DNA of 64,000 bases from Octopus vulgaris (GCA_951406725.2 OX597819.1:59520001-59584000); one strand, 5' to 3'. Positions 25,661 through 40,109 are shown, counted from the stretch's first letter. Notes: a model not told the origin generated them from the sequence alone. Translations and numbers: made by a program.

Positions 25661-26161
25661 ATCCTGGTTGTCCTTGCATACAGGCATGTACCCTGCATTC
25701 TTTTCCATGTTAGCAAGTACCAGACTGATTTCCTACAGCCGGATGCTCTTCCTAGCACCAACCTTCACCTGTTTCCATGTAACGTAATATTTTCCCCCCT
25801 TGACCAGACAGATTTTTTTTACATGCAAGGTTAGAAATGAATGACACTTGTTGTATGACAGTGACATTGGTCAGGCAAAAGAGAGCCCAACAGAATAAGT
25901 ACCAAACTTTTTTTAAAAATCAAATACTGTGGTTGATTAGTTCACCTAAACCCTTCAAGGTAATGCTTGCTTCAGCATGGCTGCAGTTCGATGGCTGCAA
26001 CAAGTAAAAAGTAAATGATAAAACATAAAAGATATGTATTCACATGTTTATCTAGTAATGCATCATGTTTAGATTTTGTTTTCACATGACTTTAGATTCT
26101 CACAGATTTTTTCTTTCCCATGTTGTTTACAAAATTGAAATGATGTCACATATTGTAGTTG

Positions 26162-26473
<312 letters not shown>

Positions 26474-26764
26474 TTACTTGGATATTATTTCAGTCGTAGC
26501 AATACTTGACATTTATTTACTTTATGATGTCACAAATCACACTTCATTCATTCATCTGATGATATTATATTGAACAAGAAAAGCAGCAGCAGCAGCAGCA
26601 CAAACATTAATGGGAGCAATGACATTATTTACATAAATTATATAATACAAACAACACACACACACACGAATATATATATATATACACACACACATATATA
26701 AGGATATATAGAGAGATAAATAGACAGACAGACAGGCGGATGAACAAACGGACAGACAGACAGA

Positions 26765-27142
26765 CAGGTGGAAATTGTAGTTGTGGCTGATGCCAGCACT
26801 GCCTGTCCGGCTCCCTGTGCCGCTAGCATGTAAAACCCACCCTCCGAATGTGGCCGATGCCAGCACCGCCTTGACTGGCTCCCCTGCTGGTGGCACATAA
26901 AAGCACCATCCAAACATGGATGATACCAGCCCCCCTCTGGCCCCTGTACCTGCGGGATGTAAAAAGCACCCACTTCGCTCTCGGAGTGGCTGGCATTAGG
27001 AAGGGCATCCAGCTGTAGAAACACTGCTAGATTAGATTGGAGCCTGGTGTAGCCTCCTGGCTTCCCAGACCCCAGTCGAACCATCAAACCCATGCCAGCA
27101 TGGAAAACGGACGTTAAACAATGATGATGATGATGATGATGA
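26765..27142 (+). mobile_element. Family D repeat (RTE-type 3' end ending in (GAT)n)
   Basis: TGGCATTAGGAAGGGCATCCAGCTGTAGAAAC..CATGCCAGCATGGAAAACGGACGTTAAAC(A)ATGATGAT; also at 32620-32780, 53970-54220, 55325-55650 (+) and 40110-40500, 56651-57003 (-). Confidence 0.8.
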
Positions 27143-27177
27143 TATGTGTGTGTGTGTATACATGTATGTATGTATGT

Positions 27178-27407
27178 ATTCTTTTATCCTTTTATTTGTT
27201 TCAGTCATTTCACTTTGGCCATGCAGGAGCACAGCCTTTAGTCAGAGAAATCAACCCCAGAACTTATTCCTTGCAAGCCTAGTACTTATTCTAATCAGGT
27301 TCTTTTGCCGAACTGCTAAGTTACAAGGACGTAAACACACCAACATCGGTTGTCAAACGATGGTGGGGAGACAAACACAGACACACAAACGGATACATAT
27401 ATGTATA

Positions 27408-27494
<87 letters not shown>

Positions 27495-27687
27495 ATATAT
27501 ATGTATATATATATGTATATAAATGACAGACTTCTTTCAGTTTCTGTCTACCAAATCCACTCACAAGGCTTTTGTTAGCCCTAGGCTTTAGTAGAAGACA
27601 CTTGCCCAAGGTGCCACGCAGTGAGACTGAACCCAGGACCATGTGGTTGGTAAGCAAGCTACTTACCACACAGCCACTCCTGCGCCT
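27178..27687 (-). mobile_element. SINE family B, full length, expanded (TA)n
   Basis: Reverse complement of the 24680 type. Confidence 0.85.
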
Positions 27688-28149
27688 GTATATATATACA
27701 CACATACATATACATAGCAAAGAATTTAAGCAATCAGCAATTTGGCAACCAGTGTGGTATGGTGTCCTTTTCTTGTCATCCCCAAAACACTCACCTCCTT
27801 CCTTCAAGCCCGCAACAAAAGAGTAAGAATAACCATGACTAATTTTAGAGAAGGAGGGTCATTGCCCATGGTTTTCTAGTCCTACTGGACTGGATCAATT
27901 GATGCAGTAACTACATCGTTTGAACGTCTGTAAACAGATATTTGCAGGAAAAGTGCGAGGAAGGGAGAGGATTCCAGTATGTATCATTTTACAGGAAGAA
28001 TGTCCGGTGGAAATGTTTCATGCTGGTTTAGAAGATGGCAAGGGTAGACAGATAACTGCTCGCGGCTCTGAAGAGAATGCAAATTAGAAATGGATTATGA
28101 GAAATGTGTATATAGTCTGTTGTAGTAGCAATGGATGGAGAAAAAGAGA

Positions 28150-29380
28150 GAGAGAGAGAAGCTGTGAGCTAGAAGTTGTGGCTTGTTAATGATTGAATTA
28201 GGGATAATCAGTTGAATGGCCTTGTAGGAATTGAAGGATATTTCTGAGTGTGTGTGTGTGTATACATGCGTGTATGTGTGTATGTGTGTGTGTGTGTGCA
28301 TGCATGTGTAGGTGTGGGTAAGTGTGCTGTGTTGTGCGTGTGAGTGCTGTGTTGTGTGCATGTGCTGTGTTGTGTGTGTGTGTGTGTGTGTGTGTACATG
28401 TGTGCGTATGTGTTGTGCGTATGTGTTGCAGTTTGTGTTGCAATATAATCCTCTGTATGTGTGCATGAGGAGAGAGAGTCTGTGTGTGTATATGTGTGTG
28501 CATTTAAGAGAGAGTGTGAGTGTGTGTGTGTAAACATGCGTGTGTCTGTGTGTGTGTGTGTGCATTCACATGTGTGGGTGTGTGTATGTTTGCTGTGTTG
28601 TGTGTGTGCTGTATTGTATTGGTGTGTGTGCTGTGTTGTGTGTGTCTGTGTGTACATGTGTGTATATGTGTTGCAGTTTTTGTTGTAATATAAGCCACTG
28701 TGTGTGTGCATGAGGAGAGAGAGTCTGTGTGTGTGTATGTGTGTGAGCGATTATGTGTGTGTGTTTGTGCATGTAAGAGAGAGTGTGAGTGTGTGTGTGT
28801 GTATGTGTGCTCGAGTGTATGAGCATGTGTGTGTATATGTGTGTTCATATGCACGTGTATGTATACATGTGTGTGAGAAAGAGAAGAGTGTGTATGTATG
28901 TAATACTTGTATGTGTATGTGTGTATCTGTCTGTAAATCAGTGCATGTATGTGCATATGTGTGAGTGTGTGTATGTGTGTTGCAGCAGCACCCTCTAATA
29001 CATGTTAAAAGTATTCCAATGTACTTTTAACACACACACACACACACATAGACATAGATGCATGCACACATACACATGCATACACTCATATGCATGCATA
29101 CAATGCACACTCACATGCATTCATACTCACATGCATGCACACATACACATGCACAGACTTGCATTCATGCACACACACACACACTAACTTAAACACATTC
29201 ACATGCATGCCGACACACACTTGCACACACACACACATGTGCACACACACACACACATACACACACACAGAGAAATATCCTGGAATGCATGCAAGGCCAT
29301 TCAACTGATTATCCCAGATTCAGCCATCAACATGTTAACAATCTCCGGCTCACAGGTTTCCTTTCATTTCTTCATCGATT
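28150..29380. repeat. Diverged inverted duplication: LINE fragment plus (GT)-rich tract / (CA)-rich tract plus LINE fragment
   Basis: AGAAATATCC..CAAGGCCATTCAACTGATTATCCC occurs on the minus strand at 28200-28245 and on the plus strand at 29270-29315; strand composition switches at 28981-29030. Confidence 0.8.
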
Positions 29381-30139
29381 CCTTCAGCCTTGCAAAGGTT
29401 TAGCAATCAATTAGAGACTACAGAGCACTTGCAGCCATTGCATTTGACCAACAGGAAGACAAACGATCTACCACGAGTGACTCCTGTTTTGCTTGTACCC
29501 CAACTCAGATCACTTTGCGACAAACCATAATAAACAACATGGAATATGGAACCGCACGCACGTATGTGGCGTTTTGGCATCGCCACTTTGCGTCCTGTAT
29601 TTGGTGTCACTGATTCATCGTTGACTTATTTGACAGCACACATTTTGACGGTTCTTTTTTAATATTTCTCTTGTTCCCTTCCTCCCTCCCTCCCTTTCCT
29701 CCCCCCCCCGCTCTCTGTTTATGTGTTTGAGCACATTTGTATGAGGAAAGTGTTTATGTGGATTGTGTTCAATTATAATCATAATGCCTCTCTCCCTCCT
29801 TCTTTTTCCCGCTCTTTCTCTCCCTCTCCTCTCTCTCTCTCTCTCTCTCTCCTTCTCTGTCTTTCCCTCTTTTTTTCCACCTTTTTTCCCATCTTCTCAC
29901 CATGTCTCTTTCCTACTTTCCCCCTCTCTACCCTCTCTCTCTCTCCTCTCTCCTCTCTCCCACTCTCATTCTTTCTGTATGTATGTATGTATATGTTTCT
30001 ACATACACATGCAAGTGTGCATGTGTGTGTATGTTTGTGTGTGTTTGTGTCTGTGTTTGAGTCTTTGTGTGTGTGTGTGTGTGTGTGTTTGTGTGTTTGT
30101 GTTTGTGTGTGTGTGTTTGTGTGTGTGTGTTTGTGTTTG

Positions 30140-30172
<33 letters not shown>

Positions 30173-30173
30173 T

Positions 30174-30204
<31 letters not shown>

Positions 30205-30493
30205 TTGCCTCCAATGCCAAAAATAAATCAAAACAGGTTGAATGTCCAGTCAACCGCATCAAACCATCAGCCTCCCAATAGGCTGTGCCCAACCATTTCA
30301 TTCCACAAAACAACACATTTCACATACTTTATCACAGGTGGCACAGAGCCCACCACCCGCAACCTACTAATGATATGAAACAAGTATACTTAAAATGAAA
30401 ATCCACATGCAAAGGGTATAATTTATTGCAGTAGCACATTCTAACCAACACTCACAGCCCCTGTCACTCATGCAGTGCTGGATTAATCATTAA

Positions 30494-30714
30494 CCCTTTC
30501 GTTATTGTATTTATTTGGAGATGCTCTGTGTTTCTTTCAATAAATTTTAAATATAACAAAGAATTTAGTAAAATAACATAGTTATCATTCAGCTAGTGTT
30601 AGGAACATAAATTGTGGCTAAGGTTTGGTGGAAGATTTTAATTTAGAACTTTTGAAAACAAGACATTTATACTCAGAGCCAGAGCTGGTTTCAGCCAGGT
30701 TGGTAACGAAAGGG
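30494..30714. mobile_element. piggyBac-type MITE
   Basis: TTAA-CCCTTTCGTTA ... TAACGAAAGGG-TTAA. Confidence 0.9.
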
Positions 30715-30916
30715 TTAAGCAAAATATGCATGTGTTTAGGACATCAAGGGAAAGCAGGGGTAAATGGGGTAAATGGTAGATGGTTTACAGCACAAAAGAA
30801 ATCACTTTAAACTTTCTAAAATAAAATTCAAAGTGGTTTATATGATCAGAAATATAATTTTGAAGTGTTCATGGTGAGGATCTGATAAAAAAAAAAGTAG
30901 GTGAAAACTTTTCAAA

Positions 30917-31365
30917 GGCGCAAGATTGCCTGTGTGGTAAGTAGCTTGCTTACCAACCACATGGTTCCGGGTTCATTCCCAATGCATAGCACCTTGGGTA
31001 AGTGTCTTCTACAATGGCCTCAGGTCGACCAAAGCCTTGTGAGTGGATTTGGAAGACGGAAACTGAAAGAAGCTCATCGTATATATGCATATGTGTGTAT
31101 ATATACATATACATATATATATATATATATATATGTGTCTGTATGTGTGTGTGTGTGTGTTTATGTGTTTGTGTTTGTCCTCCCCAACATTGCTTGACAA
31201 CCGATGCTGGTGTGTTTACGTCCCTGTAACTTAGTGGTTCGGCAAGAGAGACCGATAGAATAAGTACTAGGCTTACAAAGAATAAGTCCTGGGGTCGATT
31301 TGCTCAGCTAAAGGCAGTGCTCCTGCATGGCCATAGTCAAATGACTGAAACAAATAAAAGAGTAA
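30917..31365 (+). mobile_element. SINE family B, full length
   Basis: Matches 24680-25111 along its length. Confidence 0.85.
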
Positions 31366-31734
31366 ATATAAACAAAGTGAAGTACACAGAAATAAACATT
31401 ATTTTCCATCATACTGTTCATTTTGTTTCATTTTGAAAAACAAAAGTTTATTTCGCGGTTTATTACTGTTTACGTTTTGAATTACAGATATGTATCGGGG
31501 TGGGGGATCAAAATCTTTTAAGTGCTTAGGGCTTCTATGAGTCTAAATCTAGCCCTGCACTTATGCACAATCACCCATAAGCCACCTATATACAATAATC
31601 AACAACACCATTGGGTCAATCAGTCTCAAAATACTATCAGTTGTTTGATTGTTGCAACTTCTTTTGTAAAATCATCACCACATGGTTCTGGGTTCAGTCC
31701 CACTGCATGGCAACTTGGGCAAGTGTCTTCAACT

Positions 31735-32270
31735 TGAATATCAATCATCTGGAAGCCGTTCAGCGACGTGCAACCAAAAGAATACCCTCCATCAGGCATT
31801 TGCCATATCCTGAATGCCTTACTTCCCTGGGCATGGACACATTGAAACTCCGACGTCTGGCAGCTGACTTGGCAGACACCCATAAAATTATCAACCATTG
31901 TACAAACAATAACTCTGAGCACCTTTTCAAACTCCACCCATCTAACACCCGTGGACATATTTACAAAGTAAGAAAACAGCACAGATCCTTCCATGACTTC
32001 AGGAAACATTTTTTTCACGCTGAGAGTTGCTGAAGCATGGAACAAACTGTTGTTGGTTGTCGGAGCATTGCATCCTTCAAGATTTCCATGCTTTCTGAGA
32101 TTCGCCAACACTACACCTGATTTTCTCCCCTCCATACACACACAAGCATGTATCTGACTCATACATTGTTCGCTTTCCAGACATTTTTACATTACTGCAT
32201 GTACTTTATATGCACTTTCTGACAAGTTGTGGTGCACCTGAGCACTGTATACAATAATTTTATTATTATT
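31735..32270 (+). mobile_element. CR1-type LINE 3' end inserted into a family B SINE (31675-32517)
   Basis: LEAVQRRATKRIP..LRRLAADL..NTRGHIYKV..RKHFF..AWNKL, 3' UTR and (ATT)n tail; AACT duplicated at 31731-31734 and 32271-32274, and the SINE reads through GTGTCTTC-AACT-ATAGCC. Confidence 0.9.
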
Positions 32271-33958
32271 AACTATAGCCTCCGGCTAACCAAAGCCTTG
32301 TGAGTGGATTTGGTAGGCGGAAACTGAAATAAGCCTGTCGTATGTGTGTGTGTGTGTGTGTATGTGTGTGTGTGTGTTTGTGTGCGTGCGTTTGTTTGTG
32401 TGCCTGTGTTTGTCCCCTGCCATCACTTGACAACTGATGTTGGTGTGTTCACGTCCCCATAACTTAGCGGTTTGGCAAAAAAGGACTGATAGAATAAGTA
32501 CCAGGCTTACAAAGAATATATATATATACACACACATACACACATATATATGTATGTATATATATATATGTATGTATACATACGTATATATATATGTGTG
32601 TGTGTGTATATATATACTACACTCTCGGAGTAGTTGGCATTAGGGAGGACATCCAGCTGTAGAAACATTGCCAGATCAGATAGGAGCCTGGTGCAGCCTT
32701 CTGGCTTGCCAGCCCTCAGTCAAACCGTCCAACCCCTGCCAACATGGAAAGTGAACGTTAAACTATGATGATGATGATGATATCATATATATGCTATATT
32801 TTCTTCATTGATGGGTGCAAAAGAAGTAAGCTACTTTGAAACTTATAACTTAATATATAAATTCAATCAAAATGCCGTTATTGTAACCTCCTACATAATG
32901 TGCGTGTGTGTATGCGTATATGTGTATACATGTGTGTGAGAGAGTGTGTGTGTTTGTGTAAAAACTCTCAGCTGTGTATATGGTTACATATGTTTATACA
33001 TATGCACTTATAAATGTTCACATATGTTTCTTATCCTCCACCTACTCCCAGTTTGTACATCCAGGTATCATATGATGCAGAATGTAAATTGTATGTAAAT
33101 TTAGAACAGGTTTTCTACATGTGGATACTTAGAAGATTTGTACTAGAACCGAATAATCTTCTTTTTTTTTTGTACTAAATATTTTATAGGTTAATAACTA
33201 GCACACAAAATCAGTGATATGTACTGTAATGCTTTGTAGCTGTGGGTGGAGGAATCTTATGGATTTTTTTCCCACCTATAACACTTAAACCACACGTGGA
33301 GCAAGTCTATAGATCATTCATTCAACCTGCAAGAAATAGTAATAAAGTCTTCTGAAAATCATATCCTACTCTCACACAAATGGAAGGACAGTCTGGCTAA
33401 TACAGTACTAGGTACAATGTTTTAAAATGGAATTAGCAGACATGGCTGTGTAGATAAAAGTATGGCCATGAAGGCGCAGGCATGGCTGTGTGGTTATGAA
33501 GTTCACTTTGCAGCTATCTGGTTTCTGGTTCAGTCCCATGGCATGGTACCTTGGGTAAGTGTCTTCTACTACAACTCTGGGCCAGCCAATGGTTTATGAG
33601 AGAATTTGTAAGACAGAAACTATGTGGAATATGGTTGAGTATACATGCACACATACACACACACAAATATATATATATATATATATTTATATTTAATATA
33701 TATAATATACTTTTCCTTTTTTACTATTTTAATTGTTTCAGTCATTTGACTGCGGCCATGCTGGAGCAGCGCCTTTAGTCGAGTAAATCGACCCCAGGAC
33801 TTATTCTTTGTAAGCCTAGTACTTATTCTATTGGTCTCTATTTGCTGAACCGGTAAGTTACGGGGACGTAAACACACCAACATCGGTTGTCAAGTGATGG
33901 TGAGGGGACAAACACAGACACACAAACATATGCACATAAGTGTGTGTGTGTGTGTGTA

Positions 33959-34805
33959 TAGTGGGTGCAATGGGTAAATTGTCACCATTTTATATTTTTT
34001 ATTTCGTGCATGTGCATTGTTTGTTTTTGATTTTGTCAACTACACAGTATAGTAGGGTCAGTTGGGCACTGTCTGTGAGAAAAACAGCTCCATAACACAA
34101 TTCACTCTGCCAGAAATTTAGATACAACATGCTGTACTGCTTGGCATTCATGCCAGAATTTCCACTACGAACATTTCAGAATGTTTGAGTGTCGATCTGA
34201 GGACATGTACTGAGAGGGATAAAAATCAAACATCCAGTCAGCATCACGCTGTTTGGAGTGATCATTAGTGATGGCTATGTTATACCTTCCTTCATCATCC
34301 CACATGGCCTCAGACTCAACATGGAGGCCTACATCAAGAGCCTGGAGGAGGTTGTGCTGCCCTTGGTCAAGAGGGTGACTGCTGGAAGACCTTATGTCTG
34401 GTAACAGGACTCTGCACCATGCCACACAAGCAGGAGAACCCAGTCATGGCTGTCAGACAATTCCTGCAATCACATCACCCCTAACATCTGGTCACCTAAC
34501 TCCCCAGCCTGCAACCCCTTTGATTATTATATGTGGGGTGCAGTTGTATGAGAGACCAACAAAACTCCTAGTAACACCTAAGATGAACTGAAGGCAAGGA
34601 TTAAACAAGGAGACTGTCCAGAAGAGTTGCAGGAGATTCCAAAGTTGTCTGGAGGGAGGCCATGGTTGAAGCCAATGGCGATTTTATTGAATAAATTTAC
34701 TCTTTAGTGTTTCAAGATATTTTTATGTAATTTTGTTAAAATAAGATCTCAACGTTATTTTCATCATTTGCGTACTTTAGATGACAATTTATTGATTGCA
34801 CCTTG
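33959..34805 (+). mobile_element. maT-type (DD37D) Tc1/mariner element, internally deleted
   Basis: YVW*QDSAPCHTS..NIWSPNSPACNPFDY with exactly 37 residues between the second and third catalytic D; imperfect TIRs GGGTGCAATGGGTAAATTGTCA / TGACAATTTATTGATTGCACCTTG. Confidence 0.9.
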
Positions 34806-35164
34806 TGTGTGTGTGTGTGTGTACTTGTGTGTGTCTTTGTGTCTGAGTTTGACACTGTCCCCACCACCACCTGCCACCATAACCTCTTGACAACCAGTGT
34901 TTATCTCCATAGTTTAGTGGTTCAGCAAAGGAAACCAACAGAACTAATGCTAGTCTTTAAAAAAATGTAAGTATGAGGATCAATTTGTGCAACTAAAACT
35001 CATCAATGTGGAACTCCAGTATGGCCACAGACCAATGACTGAAACAACTGAAATATTATTTTAGGCACTTCAAAAACTACAATCTTATGGGAAGAAAACT
35101 ACAAAATTGAAAACTTGGATGTTGTCTAAGAATTCCCTATGTTTAAACAGCACTATTGTACTGG

Positions 35165-35485
35165 TTTGTACTGGCACTCTGTCAGTTACGATGACATGGA
35201 TTCCAATTGATCCAATCAACAGAACAGCCTACTCATGAAATTAACATGCAAGTGGCTGAGGACTCCACAGACACGTGTAGTTCTCAAGGAGATTCAGCAT
35301 GGCACAGAATGTGACAAGGCTGGCCACTTTGAATTACAGGTGCTACTTATTTTTTCCAGCTGAGTGGACTGGAGCAGTGTGAAATAAAGCACCTTGCTCA
35401 AGGACACAATACATCGCTGGGAATTGAACTCACAACCTTGCAATTGTGAGCTGAATACCATAACCACTGAGCCATGTGCCTTCAC
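35165..35485 (-). mobile_element. tRNA-derived SINE with a GTGTCCTTGAGCAAG core and the family C tail
   Basis: Head TGGCTCAGTGGTT..GAGTTCAATTCCC; 3' part homologous to 3100-3280; a similar head lies at 14320-14520 (-). Confidence 0.7.
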
Positions 35486-36208
35486 AGAGCACTTATTACA
35501 TGCAAACATTATTGCATACTTTTTACTTACAAATAATTTTCTTTTTTTTCAGCATCATTATATAATTTGAACATTATAGGCAGCGTTGGATTAGCCATTA
35601 ATCAAAATAAGGACATACTTAGGGCATCAGAGGAACACATTTTATTCTCCATTGTCTCAGTTCCTTTTGCTGTTAGGAGGAAGTACCTAACCACAAGGCT
35701 AAGTTACATGTTGTAGACTGGTATCCTATCCAGAGAGAGTTGTATCTCTCATCAACTTAATGATATGAAACTAGACCTAGGTGCCAGCTTTCAAGATAAC
35801 CCCCAGCATACAGGAACAGTTGCTTTATTTTAATTGTGGGGCTATATCAGTGAACTGTTGTTTGACCCATGTCAGCTCTGACTGAAAAGACCTATGACCA
35901 AAAGCTTTCCAGCCATGACCATCCCATTTTTAATTCAGACATTGCATTTAGGAGTTTATTGTCCAATGTGGTTCATTTTCTTTTTGATGATAGTAGTCTG
36001 GGATTTTCAGAAATTTGTGCTATTTCTAGCAGGACGAATGTCTACATACAAGCCTGCTTCTTTGACTTAATCAGTGGTAGATGTATTTTTCAGTATCTTT
36101 GCCAGCAAAACAACAGTTGTTGATATTCTTCAACCAACAGAACAGCACTCAATCAATTAGGCAAGCTACTTCACCCATGGATATTGTTAGATTATAGGTG
36201 ATCTAATA

Positions 36209-37297
36209 CAAGGGGTGTTCATTAAAGTTTCCCCTGACCCACTTCCAGTTATTGCAGGAAAGAGAACTTATACAGGTAAAAATCATACACGTCTCTACAT
36301 GTCACATTGTAAATTGTAGCTTTCCACTAGTATTCGTTTATCTTTTACGGCTGCTAAAGTAGACTAAGGTGTTATAATGGAAGCAGTTGAATGCAGATCA
36401 GTGGTCAGGTTCTTATACTTGAAAGAGCATACACCAGAAGAGACTTTCGATGAGATAAAAGAAGTTTACAGTGACGATGTAGTCAAGCACTGGCATAGCC
36501 AGTTCAAATGTGGTTGGACATCGATGGAAATTGCTCCTATTCTTGGACACTCACATTCTGTCATTGATGACAACACCATCCATAAAGGGGAAGCTACTAT
36601 TTTGGAGGATTGCTGCATAATTATTTGGCAACTAGCCCAAAAGTGAAGATAAATGTAGGGTCCATGAAAAAAAGCCATTCACGACCATTTGCACATGCAG
36701 ACATTGTCTACACGATGGATACCCCAGATGCTCACACCTTTTCAGAAGAAGGAATGAGTCAGTTGCTCCCAACCCTCAGCAGACAAGAAGTGATGCTCAG
36801 TCTTTTGAGAACAGAACGGAGTAGTGATGATGGATTTTCTGGCAAAGGGCACCACAATTAATGGGGTATATTATGCTTCTCTGCTGAGGAAATTACAGGA
36901 TGCCATCAAAGCAGAGAGGTGTGGCATGCTGACTAAAAGAGTCCGCCTCCTCCAAGTCAACACTCCAGTTCATAATGTGCAAGTTGCCCAGTAGAAAGCA
37001 CTCCTGCGGCTATAAAATCTTTACTCATCCAACCTCGCACCATCTGACTTCCTCCTCTTTCCAACCATGAAGTCTTTTTTGAAGGGGAAGCACTTTTCAG
37101 ATGTTGAACTTATTTCTGAGGTAAAGTCTTGGCTCTAGACACAACCTACCGACTTCTACAGATGAGGTCTTCACAGCTCATCGGAGAAGTGTGTCATCAT
37201 TGGTGGTAGCTATGTAGAGGACATAATTATGTCTAGTTTTGTTTATCCCAGTACTTGAGAAGTGGGTCAGGGGAAATCTTGTAAATTGTTCTGCATG
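36209..37297 (+). mobile_element. Near full-length decayed mariner (Himar1/irritans-like)
   Basis: TA-CAAGGGGTGTTCATTAAAGTTTCCCCTGACCCACTT and AAGTGGGTCAGGGGAAA termini; MEAVECRSVVRFLYLKE..VKHWHSQFKCG and LAPSDFLLFPTMKSFLKGKHF. Confidence 0.85.
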
Positions 37298-38030
37298 AAA
37301 TGTCTGACATATGTTCCCCTTGACAGTATAAAATTTATTCCACAGTTTGAACTATTTGTATTATTTTTTTGCCAATGCAGAACTTCACTAGTTTCCTTGT
37401 AGTCTACCAATTTATTAGCTGACAAGTAAATGGTTCATAACCTATCTCAGTTAATGTTATGTATCCGTAGTCAAGACTTTTAACTCTCAACTGCTCTCAT
37501 TCACTAACAAGTAAATAGGTGCTGGTGGGTGTGATATCATGAAGAACATTCAAATTTTAACAGATGTAAGCATTATCAGCTGAAATATGTCGAACACTTG
37601 AAAATTTTGTCTTATTAAACATTAAAAAGAATGAGAAATAATCTAAAATTTGAACATCTTCAACCATTATTCACAAGCTTTAGAGTATAACAACTGAATC
37701 TTTCAACAATTTGTTATTGGAGTTATAGTCTTTGTGACAACAGCTTAAGCAAAAATGTGTAAACATTTATTATTAATTTCAATATTTCATGCCTGGAGAT
37801 CAAGATGCTGGACTATTGATCACATTGTTCAACACTTAGTACATGGGACAATGAAAGAGCTTCTTGTGGGCACTTAAATCACACCCTACTCTTTTAGGAA
37901 AAAGACACATTTGATCACTCTGCTGGGTGTTTGGTGTTGTGAAGGGCATCCAACTGTGTAAAAACCAGGCAAAAACAAACACAGAAGTCTGATGCAAGCT
38001 CCTGTCAAAATGTCCAACCCATACCAACAT

Positions 38031-38347
38031 CGTGAAATTAACATGCAAGAGGCTGAGCACTTGAAAGACAAGTGTACCCTTAATGTAGTTCTCGGGGAGA
38101 TTCACCATGACACGGAGTGCAACAAGGCTGGCCCTTTTGAAATACAGATACAATAGAAACAGAATGAAAGAGAGAAAATTGTGGTGAAAAAATACAGTGG
38201 GGTTTGCCACCTCCCCCTGCCAGAGCCTCGTGGAGCTTTTGGTGCTTTCACTCAATAAACACTCACAATGCCCAATCTGGGAATCGAAACTGTGATCCTA
38301 TGATCGTGAGCCCACTGCCCTAACCACTGGGCCCTTGAGCCTCGACT
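38031..38347 (-). mobile_element. SINE family C copy inserted in a family D tail, 11 bp TSD
   Basis: CATACCAACAT at 38020-38030 and 38348-38358. Confidence 0.85.
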
Positions 38348-40109
38348 CATACCAACATAGAAGGCAGACATTAAAAGATGATGATGAGTTCTTGACACAC
38401 TGTACAAAATTGTCACAGCTACTACATCTATGCTCATAGATCTGCTCAATAAAGCCTGAGCTGATGTTATACATAAGAAAAAAAAAACTAAAGCAGCTAT
38501 ATTTATTATAGTTGTGACTATTTTGTCTTTTATCAAGACATTGTAAATCTCTGACTAAATTATTCAATGTGTTCTTCCTTTTTTAAGGTAAGGTACATGT
38601 TTGCTTGCCTCCGTTTGCCTGGCAGATATTAGATCCCATTCTTGCTTGCTGATTTATTGGTTAGTAACAATAATGCCACTTAGTTACTGAAATAATTGCT
38701 CAAACACCCCCATTCAGCAAAAGAAGAAAAAAAACAAAAACAAAAAAAATAATGTAAAACAAGAAAACAATTTCTAAACCATATTAACTTGGAATTAATC
38801 CAACATTACATATCATTAAATTAGTGAGAGGCATATCTTCTGGACAACAGAGAATCCTAGAGTTGTTGCACCCAGACTGTTTTGGCAGTTTTTCAGTATA
38901 AAGTTGTGAATCACCCTACTGTTGTTACCTTAATCAATTAGTCTGTTTGGCATCTCATGGCCTAGTCACACCTTCTTCACTGCTTGATCCAATTTTTGTT
39001 TTTTATTACCCATCCCAGAATGTAAAAAAACCCATGCAGGCTATGAATAACAAGACCACAATCTTCACGCTTGTTACCATCAATTCTGATAATCTTTTAC
39101 ATTGAACCAACGATCTTCTTCTAATCTTTGTATCAGTCATTAGACAGCAACCATGTTGGAGTACTACTTATGAGGATTTCATTGATCATATCATTCTAGG
39201 ATATGCACTTATTTCGTAGCCCTGTTAAGATATTGAGCATAAAGAAACCGAAAATAAGTGTAAGACAGACACTAATTATGCAGTGTAAATATTGAGACTC
39301 TTTTACTCTCTTATGTGTTTCAGTCATTTGACTATGGCCATGCTGGAGCACCGCCTTTAGTCAAGCAAATCGACCCGACTTATTCTTTGTAAGCCTAGTA
39401 CTTACTCTATCGGTCTCTTTTGCCGAACCGCTAAGTTACGGGGACGTAAACACACCAGCATTGGTTGTCAAGCGATGTTGGGGGACAAACATGTACATGA
39501 AGAGTTTTTGCATGGTCTGCCTATCAAATTTCACTCACAAGACAGAAGTTACCCTGGACCCACAGTAGAAGACACTTGCTCAAGATTCTGTACAGCTGGG
39601 ATTTTAACTCAGAACTATATGAAATTGTTAGACTATTGGAATTAGATAAATGTTTTTGAGCCTTGCAAGGATCATCTGCTTTCCATTCATTCAACAGTAT
39701 ACCAATCAAGTCTTCCATGCTTCATCTCTAAAAAAAAATCCATTTGTACTTTGATAAAAAAATAAATAAAACTTAGAATCACATCATTTTTCTTTTACTT
39801 GTTTCTGTCATAGGATTGCGGCCATGCTGGGGCACAACCTTGAAGAGTTTAGTCAAACAAATTGACCCTGGGACTCATTTTTTAAGTCTTGTATTCTATT
39901 GGTCTCTTTTGTTGAACCACTAAGTTACAGGGGTGTAAACAAACCAACACTAGTTGTCAAGTGGTGGGGGAGTCAAAGACATATATATACATACAACAGG
40001 CTTCCACACAGTTTCCGTCTAGCAAATTCACTCGCAAGAGAATCACGGTACCATGCAATGAGACTGGTTGCAAAGCAAGCTTTTTAACCAGCTATCCCCA
40101 CGCCTGTAT

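Larger units (their letters stand above)
30473..31557. mobile_element. Non-autonomous hAT-like element with an 8 bp TSD, hosting two younger insertions
   Basis: Ends CAGTGCTGGATTAA / TAAATCTAGCCCTG; flanks CACTCATG (30465-30472) and CACTTATG (31558-31565). Confidence 0.75.
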
